Notes: a model not told the origin generated them from the letters alone. A stretch of 64,000 bases of DNA from Candidatus Uhrbacteria bacterium (GCA_037131775.1 JBAXQK010000003.1:12439-76438); one strand, 5' to 3'; positions 55,023 to 64,000 are shown, numbered from the stretch's first letter. Made by a program: numbers and translations.

Positions 55023-55105
55023 GGGATATGAACCTGCGAACTGGCTGCGAACCTACTAAGTCTGAACTGACAACGAAACGTTCGTGGGTTCGCAGGTTCG
55101 TATCC
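55023..55105. mobile_element. Degenerate copy of an ~82-bp MITE-like palindromic element (TIR GGATAYGAACCTGCGAAC)
   Basis: Termini match the 58896-58977 element; 9 nt upstream of the ATG at 55014. Confidence 0.55.
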
Positions 55106-55109
55106 AATT

Positions 55110-56246
55110 TCAACCCTTCACAGCCTCCGCCACGATCCGCGCGGAATCGACGTCGAACAGCGACGGGAGTATTCGCTCCGCGGTCGGGGTCTCGACGGTC
55201 GCGGCGAGGGCGCGGGCGGCGGCGAGGAACATGGCCGTCGTGAACGCTGGAATCTTGCCCTCGAGGACGCCGAGGAACAGGCCGGGGTACGCGAGCACGT
55301 TGTTCACCTGGTTCGGATAGTCGCTGCGCCCCGTCGCGATCACGGCCGCGCCGCCGGCCTTCGCGACCTCGGGCGTCACCTCGGGGACGGGATTCGCCAT
55401 GGCGAACACGATCGCGCCCGGCGCCATCGAGCGGACCATCTCCTCGGAAACGATTCCCGGCGCGCTGACGCCAAGGAACACGTCCGAGCCAGCCAGCGCA
55501 TCACCGAGCGACCCGAGGCGGCCGTCCGGGTTGATCCGCGCCGCGAGTTCGTCCTTCTGCGCGTTCATCCCCTCGCGTCCGACGGCGATCATCCCCTTCG
55601 AGTCGCACATCGCGACGTTCTTCGCGCCCGCCTCAAGCAGCAGACGAGCCGATGCGACGCCAGCCGCGCCGACGCCCGAGATGACGATTTTCGCCGTCTC
55701 GATCGACTTATCCACAACCCTCAGCGCGTTCAAAACTCCGGCAAGGACGACAACCGCCGTCCCGTGCTGGTCGTCGTGCATCACCGGAATGTCCAGCTCC
55801 GCGGCAAGCCTCTTCTCAATCTCAAAGCATTTCGGCGCCGCGATGTCCTCGAGGTGGATCGCCCCGAATCCCGGCGCGATGTTCTTGATCGTCGCGATAA
55901 TCTCCTCCGTATCCTGCGTCGCGAGACAGATCGGAAACGCGTCCAGCCCGGCGAACCGCTTGAACAGAATCGCCTTCCCTTCCATCACCGGCATCCCGGC
56001 TTCCGGTCCGATGTTGCCAAGGCCGAGGACGGCGGACCCGTCCGTCACGACTGCGACGAAGCGACCCTTGATCGTCAGTTCCCGCGCCAGCGACTTGTCC
56101 GCCGCGATCGCGAGACAAACGGCCGCGACGCCCGGCGTGTACGCCGTCGCAAGGTCGTCGCTCGTTTGCAACGGCACGGTCGAGGCGATCTCAAGCTTGC
56201 CGCGCTTTTCGCGGTGGAGTTTCAGGGAGAGTTCGGAGTAGTTCAT
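55110..56246 (-). CDS. maeA: NAD(P)-dependent malic enzyme (short form)
   Basis: Malic enzyme N- and NAD-binding domains (GVGAAGVASARLL Rossmann motif, DDQHGTAVVVLAG). Confidence 0.88.
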   Translation of the reverse strand: MNYSELSLKLHREKRGKLEIASTVPLQTSDDLATAYTPGVAAVCLAIAADKSLARELTIKGRFVAVVTDGSAVLGLGNIGPEAGMPVMEGKAILFKRFAGLDAFPICLATQDTEEIIATIKNIAPGFGAIHLEDIAAPKCFEIEKRLAAELDIPVMHDDQHGTAVVVLAGVLNALRVVDKSIETAKIVISGVGAAGVASARLLLEAGAKNVAMCDSKGMIAVGREGMNAQKDELAARINPDGRLGSLGDALAGSDVFLGVSAPGIVSEEMVRSMAPGAIVFAMANPVPEVTPEVAKAGGAAVIATGRSDYPNQVNNVLAYPGLFLGVLEGKIPAFTTAMFLAAARALAATVETPTAERILPSLFDVDSARIVAEAVKG

Positions 56247-56271
56247 AGAATCGGGTCCGTTGGGTTGCCGT

Positions 56272-56769
56272 TTATTGAAGCGTATTTCTGCCCAAGGCAT
56301 CGACGATCATTTTGCGAGCGTCATCGATCCCGCGGATAAGCGGAAGCATCTGATCAAGATCGTGGGCATAGGACCCGGAAAGCTTGAACGAGCTTTCGAA
56401 TACCGACTGCTGTTCCGGCGACAAAAAACGTGAGGAAGCTTCCAACATTTTCGGAACGGTCTCGAGTTCTTTCTTTACGACCTGCGTGCCCTTCGCTACG
56501 TATTCCTTTAGGCTGCTTTCCTTTTTAGTCTCGGAAAGAGTGCCTGGCGGTCGGGCCCGGGACGCAATGTCGCCGATGCTTGACGACGTCTCGGATCCGG
56601 AATCGGCGCTTGCGACGGAAAGAATTTCCTGAAGGCTCTTGATCAGCATGAGCGCGCGTTCGACCCGCAGTGCCTGAGAACGAAACTCGTTCACCTCCGC
56701 GCGTCGTGGAATTCCATCTGCCAGATAGGATTTTGGTTCCAAGGGCTGAAACTGGGCTCGCTCGTTCAT
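56272..56769 (-). CDS. Hypothetical protein (165 aa)
   Basis: ORF with helical-looking sequence; no motif. Confidence 0.45.
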   Translation of the reverse strand: MNERAQFQPLEPKSYLADGIPRRAEVNEFRSQALRVERALMLIKSLQEILSVASADSGSETSSSIGDIASRARPPGTLSETKKESSLKEYVAKGTQVVKKELETVPKMLEASSRFLSPEQQSVFESSFKLSGSYAHDLDQMLPLIRGIDDARKMIVDALGRNTLQ

Positions 56770-56799
56770 ATGGTAGGTCGGCTGAATTACCGTTAATAA

Positions 56800-58887
56800 C
56801 TAAAGATCCTCCACGTTCCGCAAAAAACTTCCTGTCATCGGCTTCGTCGGTTTCTTTTCTCCGAGACTGTCAAGCACGATCGTCGGGCCGTCGTCATCCG
56901 GGGCCGCGTAGTGGAACGGACGCTTAGGCGGGAAGCTCGACGATCCGAACGTCGACGGGCGCAGGCGGACTTCCTCGACGAGACCGTCCGGAAGTTCCTG
57001 GATGAACTGGCTTGGCTGTCCGAACATAAGAGTATCATCGCCGGAGGAGATCGGATAGGTCAGGAAGAGATGTTTCCGTGCTCTCGTCGCCGCGACGTAG
57101 AACAGGCGGCGTTCCTCTTCAATCCCGCCTTCCTCGCCGAGAGAACGCTGATGCGGAAACTTGCCGTCGACCAGACCCATCACGAACACCGCTTCCCACT
57201 CGAGGCCCTTCGCCTGGTGAATGGTCGAGAGGACGAGCCGCTCGCGGTCGTCGGTTCCGGACGACGACTTCCCCGCCCCGTAATCCTCGGTCAGCGTCAC
57301 CTCCTCGAGAAACGTCGAGACAGCCTCGTACGGCTCGGCGAACAGCGCGAACTGCTCGAGGTCGTCGAGGCGATCCATGTAATCGGGATATTCCGCCTCG
57401 AGATAGTCGCGGTATCCGCTCGCGATGACCGCGCGAATCATGTGCGACGGCTTGGCGTGCTGGCTCATCGCGGCGACGGTCTCTTTGACGGCGGCGAGCG
57501 CGATCCCCGCCTTGCCCGCGACGACCGGATTCGGATCGACCTGGAGCTTCTCGACGATCTTTCGCGCCGTCACGTCGCCGATCCCCGGCTGCATGCCGAG
57601 CACTCGGGCCCAGGCAAGCTCGTCCTTCGGGTTCGCGACGATGCGGAGGTGGGAGACGACGTCCTTCACGTGGGCGCGTTGGAAGAACTTCATGCCGCCG
57701 CGGAAATCGTACGGGATGTCGCGCTTGGCCAGTTCGAACTCGAGCGCCTGGCTCTGGAACGATCCGCGAAACAGAACGGCCATGTCGCGCAGCGGCGTGC
57801 CGTCGGCGCGGAGGATGAGGATCTGCTCGGCGATGTACTGCGCCTCCTGGAACTGGTTCGCGGCCGGCACGAGGCTCGGCTTCTCGAACGGAGGGCGGAC
57901 GGCGCGAAGATCCTTCTTGAACTGGTCGCGATTCTGCGCGATCACCGCGTTCGCAAGCGACAAAATCTCCGGGCTCGACCGGTAGTTGGTAACAAGCCGG
58001 AACGTCTTGGCTCCGGGATACGTCTCCGGAAACTGGAGGATGTTGCGAATCTGCGCGGCGCGGAACGAGTAGATGCTCTGCGCGTCATCACCGACCACGA
58101 GGACATTGTTGTGGACGCTCGCGAGCTGGCGGACGATGCCGGCCTGGATCGTGTTCGTGTCCTGGAACTCGTCCACGAGGATGTACTGGAACTGCGTGGC
58201 GAGACGGTCGCGCACGACGGGATTGGTGTAGAGCAGCTTGCGGACCAGGAGGAGAAGATCGTCGAAGTCGACGATGTCGGACTGCGACTTGCGCGTCTCG
58301 TACAGCTCGGCGATGCGTTCGATGGTCGGGATGATGTCGCGGAAGTTCGGGTGCTTCTTGAGCGTCGACTCGCGGACGGAGATGCTCGCGTTCATCGCGT
58401 ACGAGATGACGTTGTGCAGGTTCGCCGGCGACGGGAACTTACGCGCCGTCGTGTCGACCGCGAGTTCCTTCACGCACGACTTGATGAGGTCTCGCGCGTC
58501 CTCCTCGTCCATGATCGTGAAGTTCGGCGTGTGACCGACGTAGGGCGCGTAGGTTCGCAAAAGTCGATTGGCGACGGAGTGAAACGTTCCGCCCCACATC
58601 CCGCGAGGGTTCGCGCAAAGCAAGCCCTCGACGCGGCCGAGCATTTCCTTGGCGGCCTTGTTCGTAAACGTCAGCAGCAAGATGTTCTCCGGCGAGACGC
58701 CGTTCTCGATGAGATACGCGACGCGGTACGTGATCGTCCGCGTCTTCCCCGACCCAGCGCCGGCGAGGACGAGGCACGGACCGTCTCCGTTCAACACGAC
58801 CTCGACCTGCTCCTCGTTGAGTTCCTTGCGATAGTCAATCTTGCAATTGGCAGGATCAAAGCGGTTTTGGAGGACGAATTCTTTCAT
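56800..58887 (-). CDS. uvrD: ATP-dependent DNA helicase UvrD/PcrA family
   Basis: Walker A LAGAGSGKTRTIT, motifs II (DEFQDTN), VGDDAQSIY, and C-terminal ...VAATRARK. Confidence 0.92.
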   Translation of the reverse strand: MKEFVLQNRFDPANCKIDYRKELNEEQVEVVLNGDGPCLVLAGAGSGKTRTITYRVAYLIENGVSPENILLLTFTNKAAKEMLGRVEGLLCANPRGMWGGTFHSVANRLLRTYAPYVGHTPNFTIMDEEDARDLIKSCVKELAVDTTARKFPSPANLHNVISYAMNASISVRESTLKKHPNFRDIIPTIERIAELYETRKSQSDIVDFDDLLLLVRKLLYTNPVVRDRLATQFQYILVDEFQDTNTIQAGIVRQLASVHNNVLVVGDDAQSIYSFRAAQIRNILQFPETYPGAKTFRLVTNYRSSPEILSLANAVIAQNRDQFKKDLRAVRPPFEKPSLVPAANQFQEAQYIAEQILILRADGTPLRDMAVLFRGSFQSQALEFELAKRDIPYDFRGGMKFFQRAHVKDVVSHLRIVANPKDELAWARVLGMQPGIGDVTARKIVEKLQVDPNPVVAGKAGIALAAVKETVAAMSQHAKPSHMIRAVIASGYRDYLEAEYPDYMDRLDDLEQFALFAEPYEAVSTFLEEVTLTEDYGAGKSSSGTDDRERLVLSTIHQAKGLEWEAVFVMGLVDGKFPHQRSLGEEGGIEEERRLFYVAATRARKHLFLTYPISSGDDTLMFGQPSQFIQELPDGLVEEVRLRPSTFGSSSFPPKRPFHYAAPDDDGPTIVLDSLGEKKPTKPMTGSFLRNVEDL

Positions 58888-58895
58888 AGGATGGA

Positions 58896-58977
58896 TGGAT
58901 ACGAACCTGCGAACTGGCTACGAACCTACGAAAATTTCCGTTTAGCAGGTTCGTAGCCAGTTCGCAGGTTCGTATCC
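58896..58977. mobile_element. MITE-like element: perfect 31-bp terminal inverted repeats (ggatacgaacctgcgaactggctacgaacct / aggttcgtagccagttcgcaggttcgtatcc) around a 20-nt core
   Basis: 8 nt upstream of the uvrD ATG; second degenerate copy at 55023-55105. Confidence 0.6.
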
Positions 58978-59044
58978 TCTCTCATTTCCCCGCAATGATA
59001 CCATATGCCCGGTATAAAAAAATCGGCCCGGAATGGGCCGAAGG

Positions 59045-59290
59045 CTAGCGTGTTCCCGGAGTCCTCGGGACGCGGAATTCCTTTCTCCGACGATCGACGC
59101 CGCCGAGTTCCTTGGTGATGTCGAACGGCCGCTCGTCGATCGGGCCGTCGGGATCGACTCCGGCGGACTCGCGTTCCGCGGCGGCAAGGTCGCGCAGTCG
59201 ACGCGCCTCTTCCTCGGCGAGAAGCGCGGCGCGGCGCGCTTCATACTCGGAACCCGAATCGGGCGGCACGTGGGATGGCTTTGGTCTCAT
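59045..59290 (-). CDS. Hypothetical charged/helical small protein (81 aa)
   Basis: SD GGAGGG 3 nt before ATG; MRPKPSHVPPDSGSEYEARRAALLAEEEARRLRD... Confidence 0.4.
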   Translation of the reverse strand: MRPKPSHVPPDSGSEYEARRAALLAEEEARRLRDLAAAERESAGVDPDGPIDERPFDITKELGGVDRRRKEFRVPRTPGTR

Positions 59291-59351
59291 AGTCCCTCCA
59301 TGGTAGCAAAGAAAATGGTCCGGGGCGAGGCGCGCCGGACCAGACGGACGA

Positions 59352-60581
59352 TCAGAGCGGAAGCGTTCCGGCCTCGATCGCGTCGCAGAACGCCTTTGGG
59401 TCGAACTCGACCTCGAGCGCAAGGGCACGCGCGGCGTCGAGATGCGCGACGGAGCGCGCGACGACCGGGTTCTCGAAGTCGTGGTCGACCGGGACCCCGT
59501 CGATCACGAGCAGGTCGCGGACATGGTCGATCACGTCGACGAGCCCGTTCTTGTCCTGCTTCGTCAGCTCGATGTGGGCCTTCTCGACGCGCGACGCCAC
59601 GGTGTGCGTCTGCTCGAGGATGCGCCGGCCGTCGACGAGGACGAACGATCGCCGACAGCGGTCGAGCAACTTGCGCGCCGCCTCGTAGTTCCCGGCGCGG
59701 AGCGCGACGACTACGCGGTCGAGGTCGCTCGCGATGCGCGGGAATCCCCGGCGGCTGTACGGGGCGATGGAGACGCTCCTGAGGCTGCCGGCCAGCTTCT
59801 CGAGGCGAACGGCCATCCTGGTCGCGTCATCCGCGTTCAGGGCGCGGACGCCGCGACTGCCCCACCGAAGCGCCTGGACGATCTCGCGCTCGAAGTCCGT
59901 CTTCACCTTCCATGCCTCGTCGGCGAGCGCGAGCAGGTCGCCGTTGCGCACCGAGATCCGCGGACGGATCCGGTGAACGGTGCCCGTGCGCTTGCACAGG
60001 GCGAGGTCCGCGCTCCACACGATCGGACTGCGCGAGGTGAAGTTCGTCCTTCCGAGCGCGTCGGTCGGGTTCGCACCGCGGCCCGACTGCGTTCGCGCGC
60101 GCCTCTTGTCGTCGTCGACGACCTTCCGAAGCCCCGTGCTCACGGAGCCGGTACGTTCCTCGTACGCGGCAATCTCCTCGGCGCTGGACCGGCTGTTCAG
60201 GTACCAGGTCTGCTGGAGCGCCCACTCGAGCGTCTCCCGGTAGCAGAAGATCTCGATCTTCTCCACGTCCTGGGTATCCGGAACGTGGAACCCCTGCGAG
60301 CGGATGGCGGCGTAGATGCCGTCGTTGAAGATCATGAAGTAGGGCACGCCCTCGCGATCGAGGTTCGTTCTCCGAACGAGCACCGCGCCCTTCCGGATGC
60401 AGAAGGCCTTCTTCCCCTGCTTCAGTCCGCCCGTGTCCTCGCATGCCACGTACAGCACGCGGTCGCGGATGACCTTCACCTCCACGTCGATGACGTTCCC
60501 GCCCTTCACGCGGATCCTGCGCATGACGCGCGCTGACCGACCTGCCGGCATCGTAGACCGGCTTCCTGATGGGAAATTCAC
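59352..60581 (-). CDS. Conserved-looking hypothetical protein (409 aa), no family recognised
   Basis: Long GC3-rich ORF with beta-rich N-half and helical C-half; possible Rx5H (RRILEQTH) near the C-terminus. Confidence 0.6.
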   Translation of the reverse strand: MNFPSGSRSTMPAGRSARVMRRIRVKGGNVIDVEVKVIRDRVLYVACEDTGGLKQGKKAFCIRKGAVLVRRTNLDREGVPYFMIFNDGIYAAIRSQGFHVPDTQDVEKIEIFCYRETLEWALQQTWYLNSRSSAEEIAAYEERTGSVSTGLRKVVDDDKRRARTQSGRGANPTDALGRTNFTSRSPIVWSADLALCKRTGTVHRIRPRISVRNGDLLALADEAWKVKTDFEREIVQALRWGSRGVRALNADDATRMAVRLEKLAGSLRSVSIAPYSRRGFPRIASDLDRVVVALRAGNYEAARKLLDRCRRSFVLVDGRRILEQTHTVASRVEKAHIELTKQDKNGLVDVIDHVRDLLVIDGVPVDHDFENPVVARSVAHLDAARALALEVEFDPKAFCDAIEAGTLPL

Positions 60582-60596
60582 TGTAGACTCCTTGCC

Positions 60597-60622
60597 CGTA
60601 GGGCGTCGAAAAGGTACACTCT
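60597..60622. promoter_or_regulatory. Palindrome TCGAAAA-N10-TTTTCGA in the divergent promoter region
   Basis: Between the 59352..60581 (-) and NUDIX (+) starts. Confidence 0.3.
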
Positions 60623-60632
60623 TTTTCGATAT

Positions 60633-61097
60633 ATGTCAATGTACCGACCAAACGCGGCAGTCATCGTCACGGACGGAAACGGAAAGATTTTGTTATGCGA
60701 GCGCGCGGACCTTCCGGACGCGATCCAGACCGTCCAGGGCGGAATCGACGAGGGCGAGTCGCCCGAGCAGGCGGCACGACGCGAGCTGAGCGAGGAGATC
60801 GGCCTCACGCACTCGCAGTATGAGATTGTCGACCGCATCGCGGAGCCGATGCGCTACGTCTGGCCCGAGCACATCAAGCAGTGGTTCGTCAGCCACAAGG
60901 AGCTCGACGGCTACGTCGGCCAGGAACAGCACTTCTTCCTCGCCAAGGTAGAGCCGGACGTCCATTTCAACCTAACCTCGCATGCCCAGGAATTCTCCAG
61001 GGTCTGGTGGGGCTCCCCGGAGGAGATGGTTGAGAGGTCTTGGGAGTACAAGAAAGAAATCCTGAGGTCCGCGCTCGAGCAGTTCAAGCTGCTCTAG
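60633..61097 (+). CDS. NUDIX hydrolase (RppH-like)
   Basis: Nudix box GGIDEGESPEQAARRELSEEIGL. Confidence 0.85.
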   Translation: MSMYRPNAAVIVTDGNGKILLCERADLPDAIQTVQGGIDEGESPEQAARRELSEEIGLTHSQYEIVDRIAEPMRYVWPEHIKQWFVSHKELDGYVGQEQHFFLAKVEPDVHFNLTSHAQEFSRVWWGSPEEMVERSWEYKKEILRSALEQFKLL

Positions 61098-61108
61098 GGA
61101 CCGAGATG

Positions 61109-61136
61109 AAAATACGACCCGATCGGGTCGTATTTT
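61109..61136. terminator. Bidirectional terminator (atacgaccc-gatc-gggtcgtat with A/T flanks)
   Basis: Perfect 9-bp stem between convergent genes. Confidence 0.65.
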
Positions 61137-61144
61137 ATATAATC

Positions 61145-62845
61145 CTACCAGCTCCCTCCGCCTCCGCCGCCGAACCCGCCTCCCGAGAACCCGCTGCCTC
61201 CGCTGCCACCCGACGACTTCGGGGCGGCGACGGCTGCCGCGGCGCTCGTGAACGTGTTGACTCGGTGCGAGAAATCGACGGCGTTGAACGCGACGTAGTT
61301 TCCAACGAACCAACCCGGCTGTTCCCTTGCGACGTCGGCGAGCGCCTTGCTCCACCTGTCCGCGACGCCGAAGACCATCGCGTACGGGAGGAACTTTTCG
61401 AAGATCTTTTCCTTCTCCTGCCACTGGATCCGGTACTTCTCCGCCGTTTCCAGGTAAAGCTTGAACCCGAGCGCCTTCTCGCACGCGATCGCGCCGAGCT
61501 CGGTCTTCTTCGGCATGACCATCCCGAACACCCCCACGATGACCGCGGTCGCAATCCCCGCGACATACACGAACACGGCGCCGTTCAGTGTCGCGGCGAC
61601 GGCAGTGCCCAGAACGTGGGTCAAGAACGCCACGACAAGCGCAATCGCGACGTACCAGGACCGAACCGTCGTCGGGTTCTTCGCGTAGTAGCCGAGCGTC
61701 GCCATCTCCTCGTAGACGTCCTTCTCGATCTTGCGCTTCGCCACGACCATCGACGACCGTCGGTCCGTCAGCCTCACCTCCTCGTCGCTTCCGAACAACC
61801 CGAGCATCAGCGCGACCTCGAACGGCTTGAGCGTCGCGTCGTCGGGCTTAAGACGCTTGAGACGATAACTCTTGCTCGTGACGAACAGTACCTTCGTCTC
61901 GTCCTCAATGATCTGCAGATACCCGCGAACCGCGAGGTCGACGATCGCCGCGGAGATGTCGCGGTCATGGACCTTCGCGTCCACGAGCGTCCCAACTTCC
62001 GTCGGTCGCAGACTGTCCGGCGGCTCATACTCGGCGATGATCGTTCCGCGGCCCTTCGCGTCCTTGCCGTTCTTGCGCCAGCGGGAAAACAGGAAGACGA
62101 ACGCGACGATCGGGACGAGGAGAAAGAAGATTCCCGCGTTGTCCGCGACCAGCTGCTTTGCGCGGTCGAGCTGGGTCGGCTCGGTGACGATTCCCTTTGG
62201 GAAGGACACGGAGACGGTCAGAAAGTCCTCGGCGACGACGGTCACGTTTCCGTCGGCGACCCGTTTGTCGCAGTTCATCGCGGTCGATCCGCTCACGCCG
62301 GTGTAGCACGAGACGTCGAGCGCGTCGACCGACGCGCCCGAGACCCGCACCGTCGCGTTCACCGTCGAAAACGCCCCTTCCCAATCGGACCCCGTCACGT
62401 TCCAGTACAGCTCGTCCGTGTCGGCGTGATACAAAATGGCACGGTCGACGCGATAGCGAATCGAATATTCGAACGGCCCGGAGAGCGTCTCACTCGCGTC
62501 GCCGATCTTGATCGTCTCGTATCCTCCATTCCTCGAGACCTCGTACGGCTCCGCCCTCCCGAACAGTCCCACCGCCTCGACGGTGATCCCGATCGTCTCG
62601 TTCATGCCGGCCGCGGTGCGATACTGGTACGGGATGTTTCGAAAGATTCCGTGGCGCGGAGTATCGAACGATCCCGTGATCGTCTCCACGACCTCAAGCG
62701 ACGCGTCGGGCTCTATGTCCACGACCGCCGAGAACACGTCGTAATTCGTCGCGGCGAGCGTCGGCGTTCCCATCGCGAGGAACGCGACGACGCTAGCGAA
62801 GGTAGCGATTCTTGTTCGCAATGTGCTCGTCGAACGTCGCGGCAT
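61145..62845 (-). CDS. DUF2207-type predicted membrane protein with C-terminal Gly-rich tail
   Basis: Signal peptide, ~240-aa extracytoplasmic domain, TM segments, terminal ...SGGSGGSGFSGGGFGGGGGGSW. Confidence 0.75.
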   Translation of the reverse strand: MPRRSTSTLRTRIATFASVVAFLAMGTPTLAATNYDVFSAVVDIEPDASLEVVETITGSFDTPRHGIFRNIPYQYRTAAGMNETIGITVEAVGLFGRAEPYEVSRNGGYETIKIGDASETLSGPFEYSIRYRVDRAILYHADTDELYWNVTGSDWEGAFSTVNATVRVSGASVDALDVSCYTGVSGSTAMNCDKRVADGNVTVVAEDFLTVSVSFPKGIVTEPTQLDRAKQLVADNAGIFFLLVPIVAFVFLFSRWRKNGKDAKGRGTIIAEYEPPDSLRPTEVGTLVDAKVHDRDISAAIVDLAVRGYLQIIEDETKVLFVTSKSYRLKRLKPDDATLKPFEVALMLGLFGSDEEVRLTDRRSSMVVAKRKIEKDVYEEMATLGYYAKNPTTVRSWYVAIALVVAFLTHVLGTAVAATLNGAVFVYVAGIATAVIVGVFGMVMPKKTELGAIACEKALGFKLYLETAEKYRIQWQEKEKIFEKFLPYAMVFGVADRWSKALADVAREQPGWFVGNYVAFNAVDFSHRVNTFTSAAAAVAAPKSSGGSGGSGFSGGGFGGGGGGSW

Positions 62846-63821
62846 ACACGACCGTCCCGTCGGACGTGGTTAGGAAGTAAAGATACGGATTGCTCGTGGG
62901 ATGCGTCACGGCATCGATCGCGTTTAATCCCGGGTTCGAGATCGGTCCGGGCGGGAGTCCGGCGCGGGTGTAGGTGTTGAACGGGTTGTCCTTCTTCAGA
63001 TCGTCGACCGTCATCTCGGCCGACGTCTTGCTGAGATAGTACGCGATGGTCGAGTCGGCCTGCAGCGGCATGCCCATCTTGAGGCGCTTGAGGAAGATGT
63101 CCGCCACGTCCTTCATGTCCTTGGGGTCGCGGACTTCGCGCTCGACGATCGACGCGAGGGTAAGGACCTCGTGCGGCGTCATCGCGCCCGGGAGCGACAT
63201 CCCGTTCTCGTCCTTCGCGAGCGATTCGCTCAGCTTGTCGCTCATCTCGCCGAGCATCTTCGCCACGACGTCCTCGGCGGTCGCGGTCGCGTAGAAGCGA
63301 TACGTGTCCGGAAACAGGTAACCTTCCAGGTCGACGCCCGCCGGCTTGTTCTGGCTCACGAACATACTGGCGGCCCCGGCCGTCGACGATGTGCCGACCG
63401 CCGTCTTCCACTCGTCCTCCGTGATCTTCGGCAGCGCCGCCCGCACGCGCTCGCCGATCTGCCTGACCGTGTATCCCTCCGGAATCGTGACCTGGACCTC
63501 CTCGACGTCCGCGTGCGACAGGGCGCCGACGATCGATCGGAAGCTCATTCCCGGCCTCAGCTGGAACGTTCCGGGAAGGAACGACGACTCGGCGTGCGAC
63601 AGGCGGACGTACGCCTTGAAGAACAGCAGGTTGTCCACGACCCCCTTCTCGCGAAGGTGCGTGCCAATGGTCGAGACTCCCTCGCCTTTCTCAACGACGA
63701 ACGAGACCGTATCCGCGTCCGCTTTCGGGGACAGGACGTAGGACTCGTATGCGAAGTCGCCCGCCACGGCGGCGGAACCGAGGACAAGCAGCGCAATGAC
63801 GGCGGCGACAATCTTTCCCAT
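62793..63821 (-). CDS. mltG: Endolytic murein transglycosylase MltG (YceG-like)
   Basis: N-terminal TM, YceG domain blocks (LEGYLFPDTY, IASIVEREV, LQADSTIAYY, GLPPGPISNPG). Confidence 0.87.
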   Translation of the reverse strand: MGKIVAAVIALLVLGSAAVAGDFAYESYVLSPKADADTVSFVVEKGEGVSTIGTHLREKGVVDNLLFFKAYVRLSHAESSFLPGTFQLRPGMSFRSIVGALSHADVEEVQVTIPEGYTVRQIGERVRAALPKITEDEWKTAVGTSSTAGAASMFVSQNKPAGVDLEGYLFPDTYRFYATATAEDVVAKMLGEMSDKLSESLAKDENGMSLPGAMTPHEVLTLASIVEREVRDPKDMKDVADIFLKRLKMGMPLQADSTIAYYLSKTSAEMTVDDLKKDNPFNTYTRAGLPPGPISNPGLNAIDAVTHPTSNPYLYFLTTSDGTVVYAATFDEHIANKNRYLR

Positions 63822-63822
63822 A

Positions 63823-64000
63823 TTATTTTCCGTGGCACTCCACGTATTTTTTTCCGGATTTGCAAAAGCACGCGCGCTCGCCGCGGTCCTCGGCCGTGAG
63901 CCAGGAACTCGACTGGACCTTTCCTCCCCTGCCGACGCCGTACACGATCTCGATGCCGAGCTCCGCGCACAGCTTTGCCTCGGGATTCTGCGACGAGTTC
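63823..64000 (-). CDS. Partial ORF (runs off right edge): C-terminus with SEC-C zinc motif (CFCKSGKKYVECHGK), likely SecA
   Basis: Manual translation of the minus strand; the stop is 1 nt before the mltG ATG. Confidence 0.45.
   Translation of the reverse strand, partial: NSSQNPEAKLCAELGIEIVYGVGRGGKVQSSSWLTAEDRGERACFCKSGKKYVECHGK

Noticed and set aside
58896-58977. Possible LexA (Cheo-box, CGAAC-N4-GTTCG) site in the element upstream of uvrD
   Set aside because: CGAAC words are present but arranged as direct repeats with wrong spacing; no GAAC-N4-GTTC dyad

Overview
The window is a dense stretch of high-GC (roughly 60-65%) bacterial chromosome, mostly minus-strand genes with 4-nt overlaps that imply long operons. 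Ordinary genes identified are typA, a dcw-like rpmA-nfu-mraY-ftsW-murG block (no murD), rlmI-like, pyrG, rplI, engB, a nitroreductase, rsgA, rpmG, tRNA-Lys/Trp/Thr/Tyr, a malic enzyme, uvrD/pcrA, a NUDIX hydrolase, mltG and a SecA-like C-terminus at the right edge. Between these sit several cell-envelope modules. (1) A minus-strand type IV pilus operon (pilB, pilC, three prepilins including a 581-aa giant prepilin, a pilin-like protein, then a histidine kinase and receiver) with a divergent pilA. (2) A four-member paralogous family of about 330-aa Cys-containing secreted proteins, three of them tandem next to the pilus locus and one next to a VKOR/thioredoxin pair. (3) A sortase with an LPNTG-anchored repeat surface protein that carries a frameshift. 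(4) Three paralogous membrane-anchored surface proteins, one with dockerin-like and cohesin-like modules, co-oriented with a GT2 plus GT-C glycosyltransferase pair and flanking a signal peptidase I in a lower-GC block. (5) Thiol-disulfide machinery, including a CcdA-thioredoxin fusion. Unusual non-coding features are an in-frame triplicated palindromic motif inside murG, two copies of an 82-bp MITE-like palindromic element placed 8-9 nt upstream of start codons, a recurring extended -10 motif (TGTGCTATACT) that sits almost on top of some start codons (suggesting leaderless mRNAs), and a long hairpin leader before pyrG. No CRISPR array, integrase, transposase or reverse transcriptase was seen. 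The lineage cannot be fixed from sequence alone; gene content (sortase, no obvious outer-membrane genes, small genome-style packing) fits a monoderm or CPR/Patescibacteria-like bacterium, and that is inference. All coordinates come from manual reading and may be off by a few nt.
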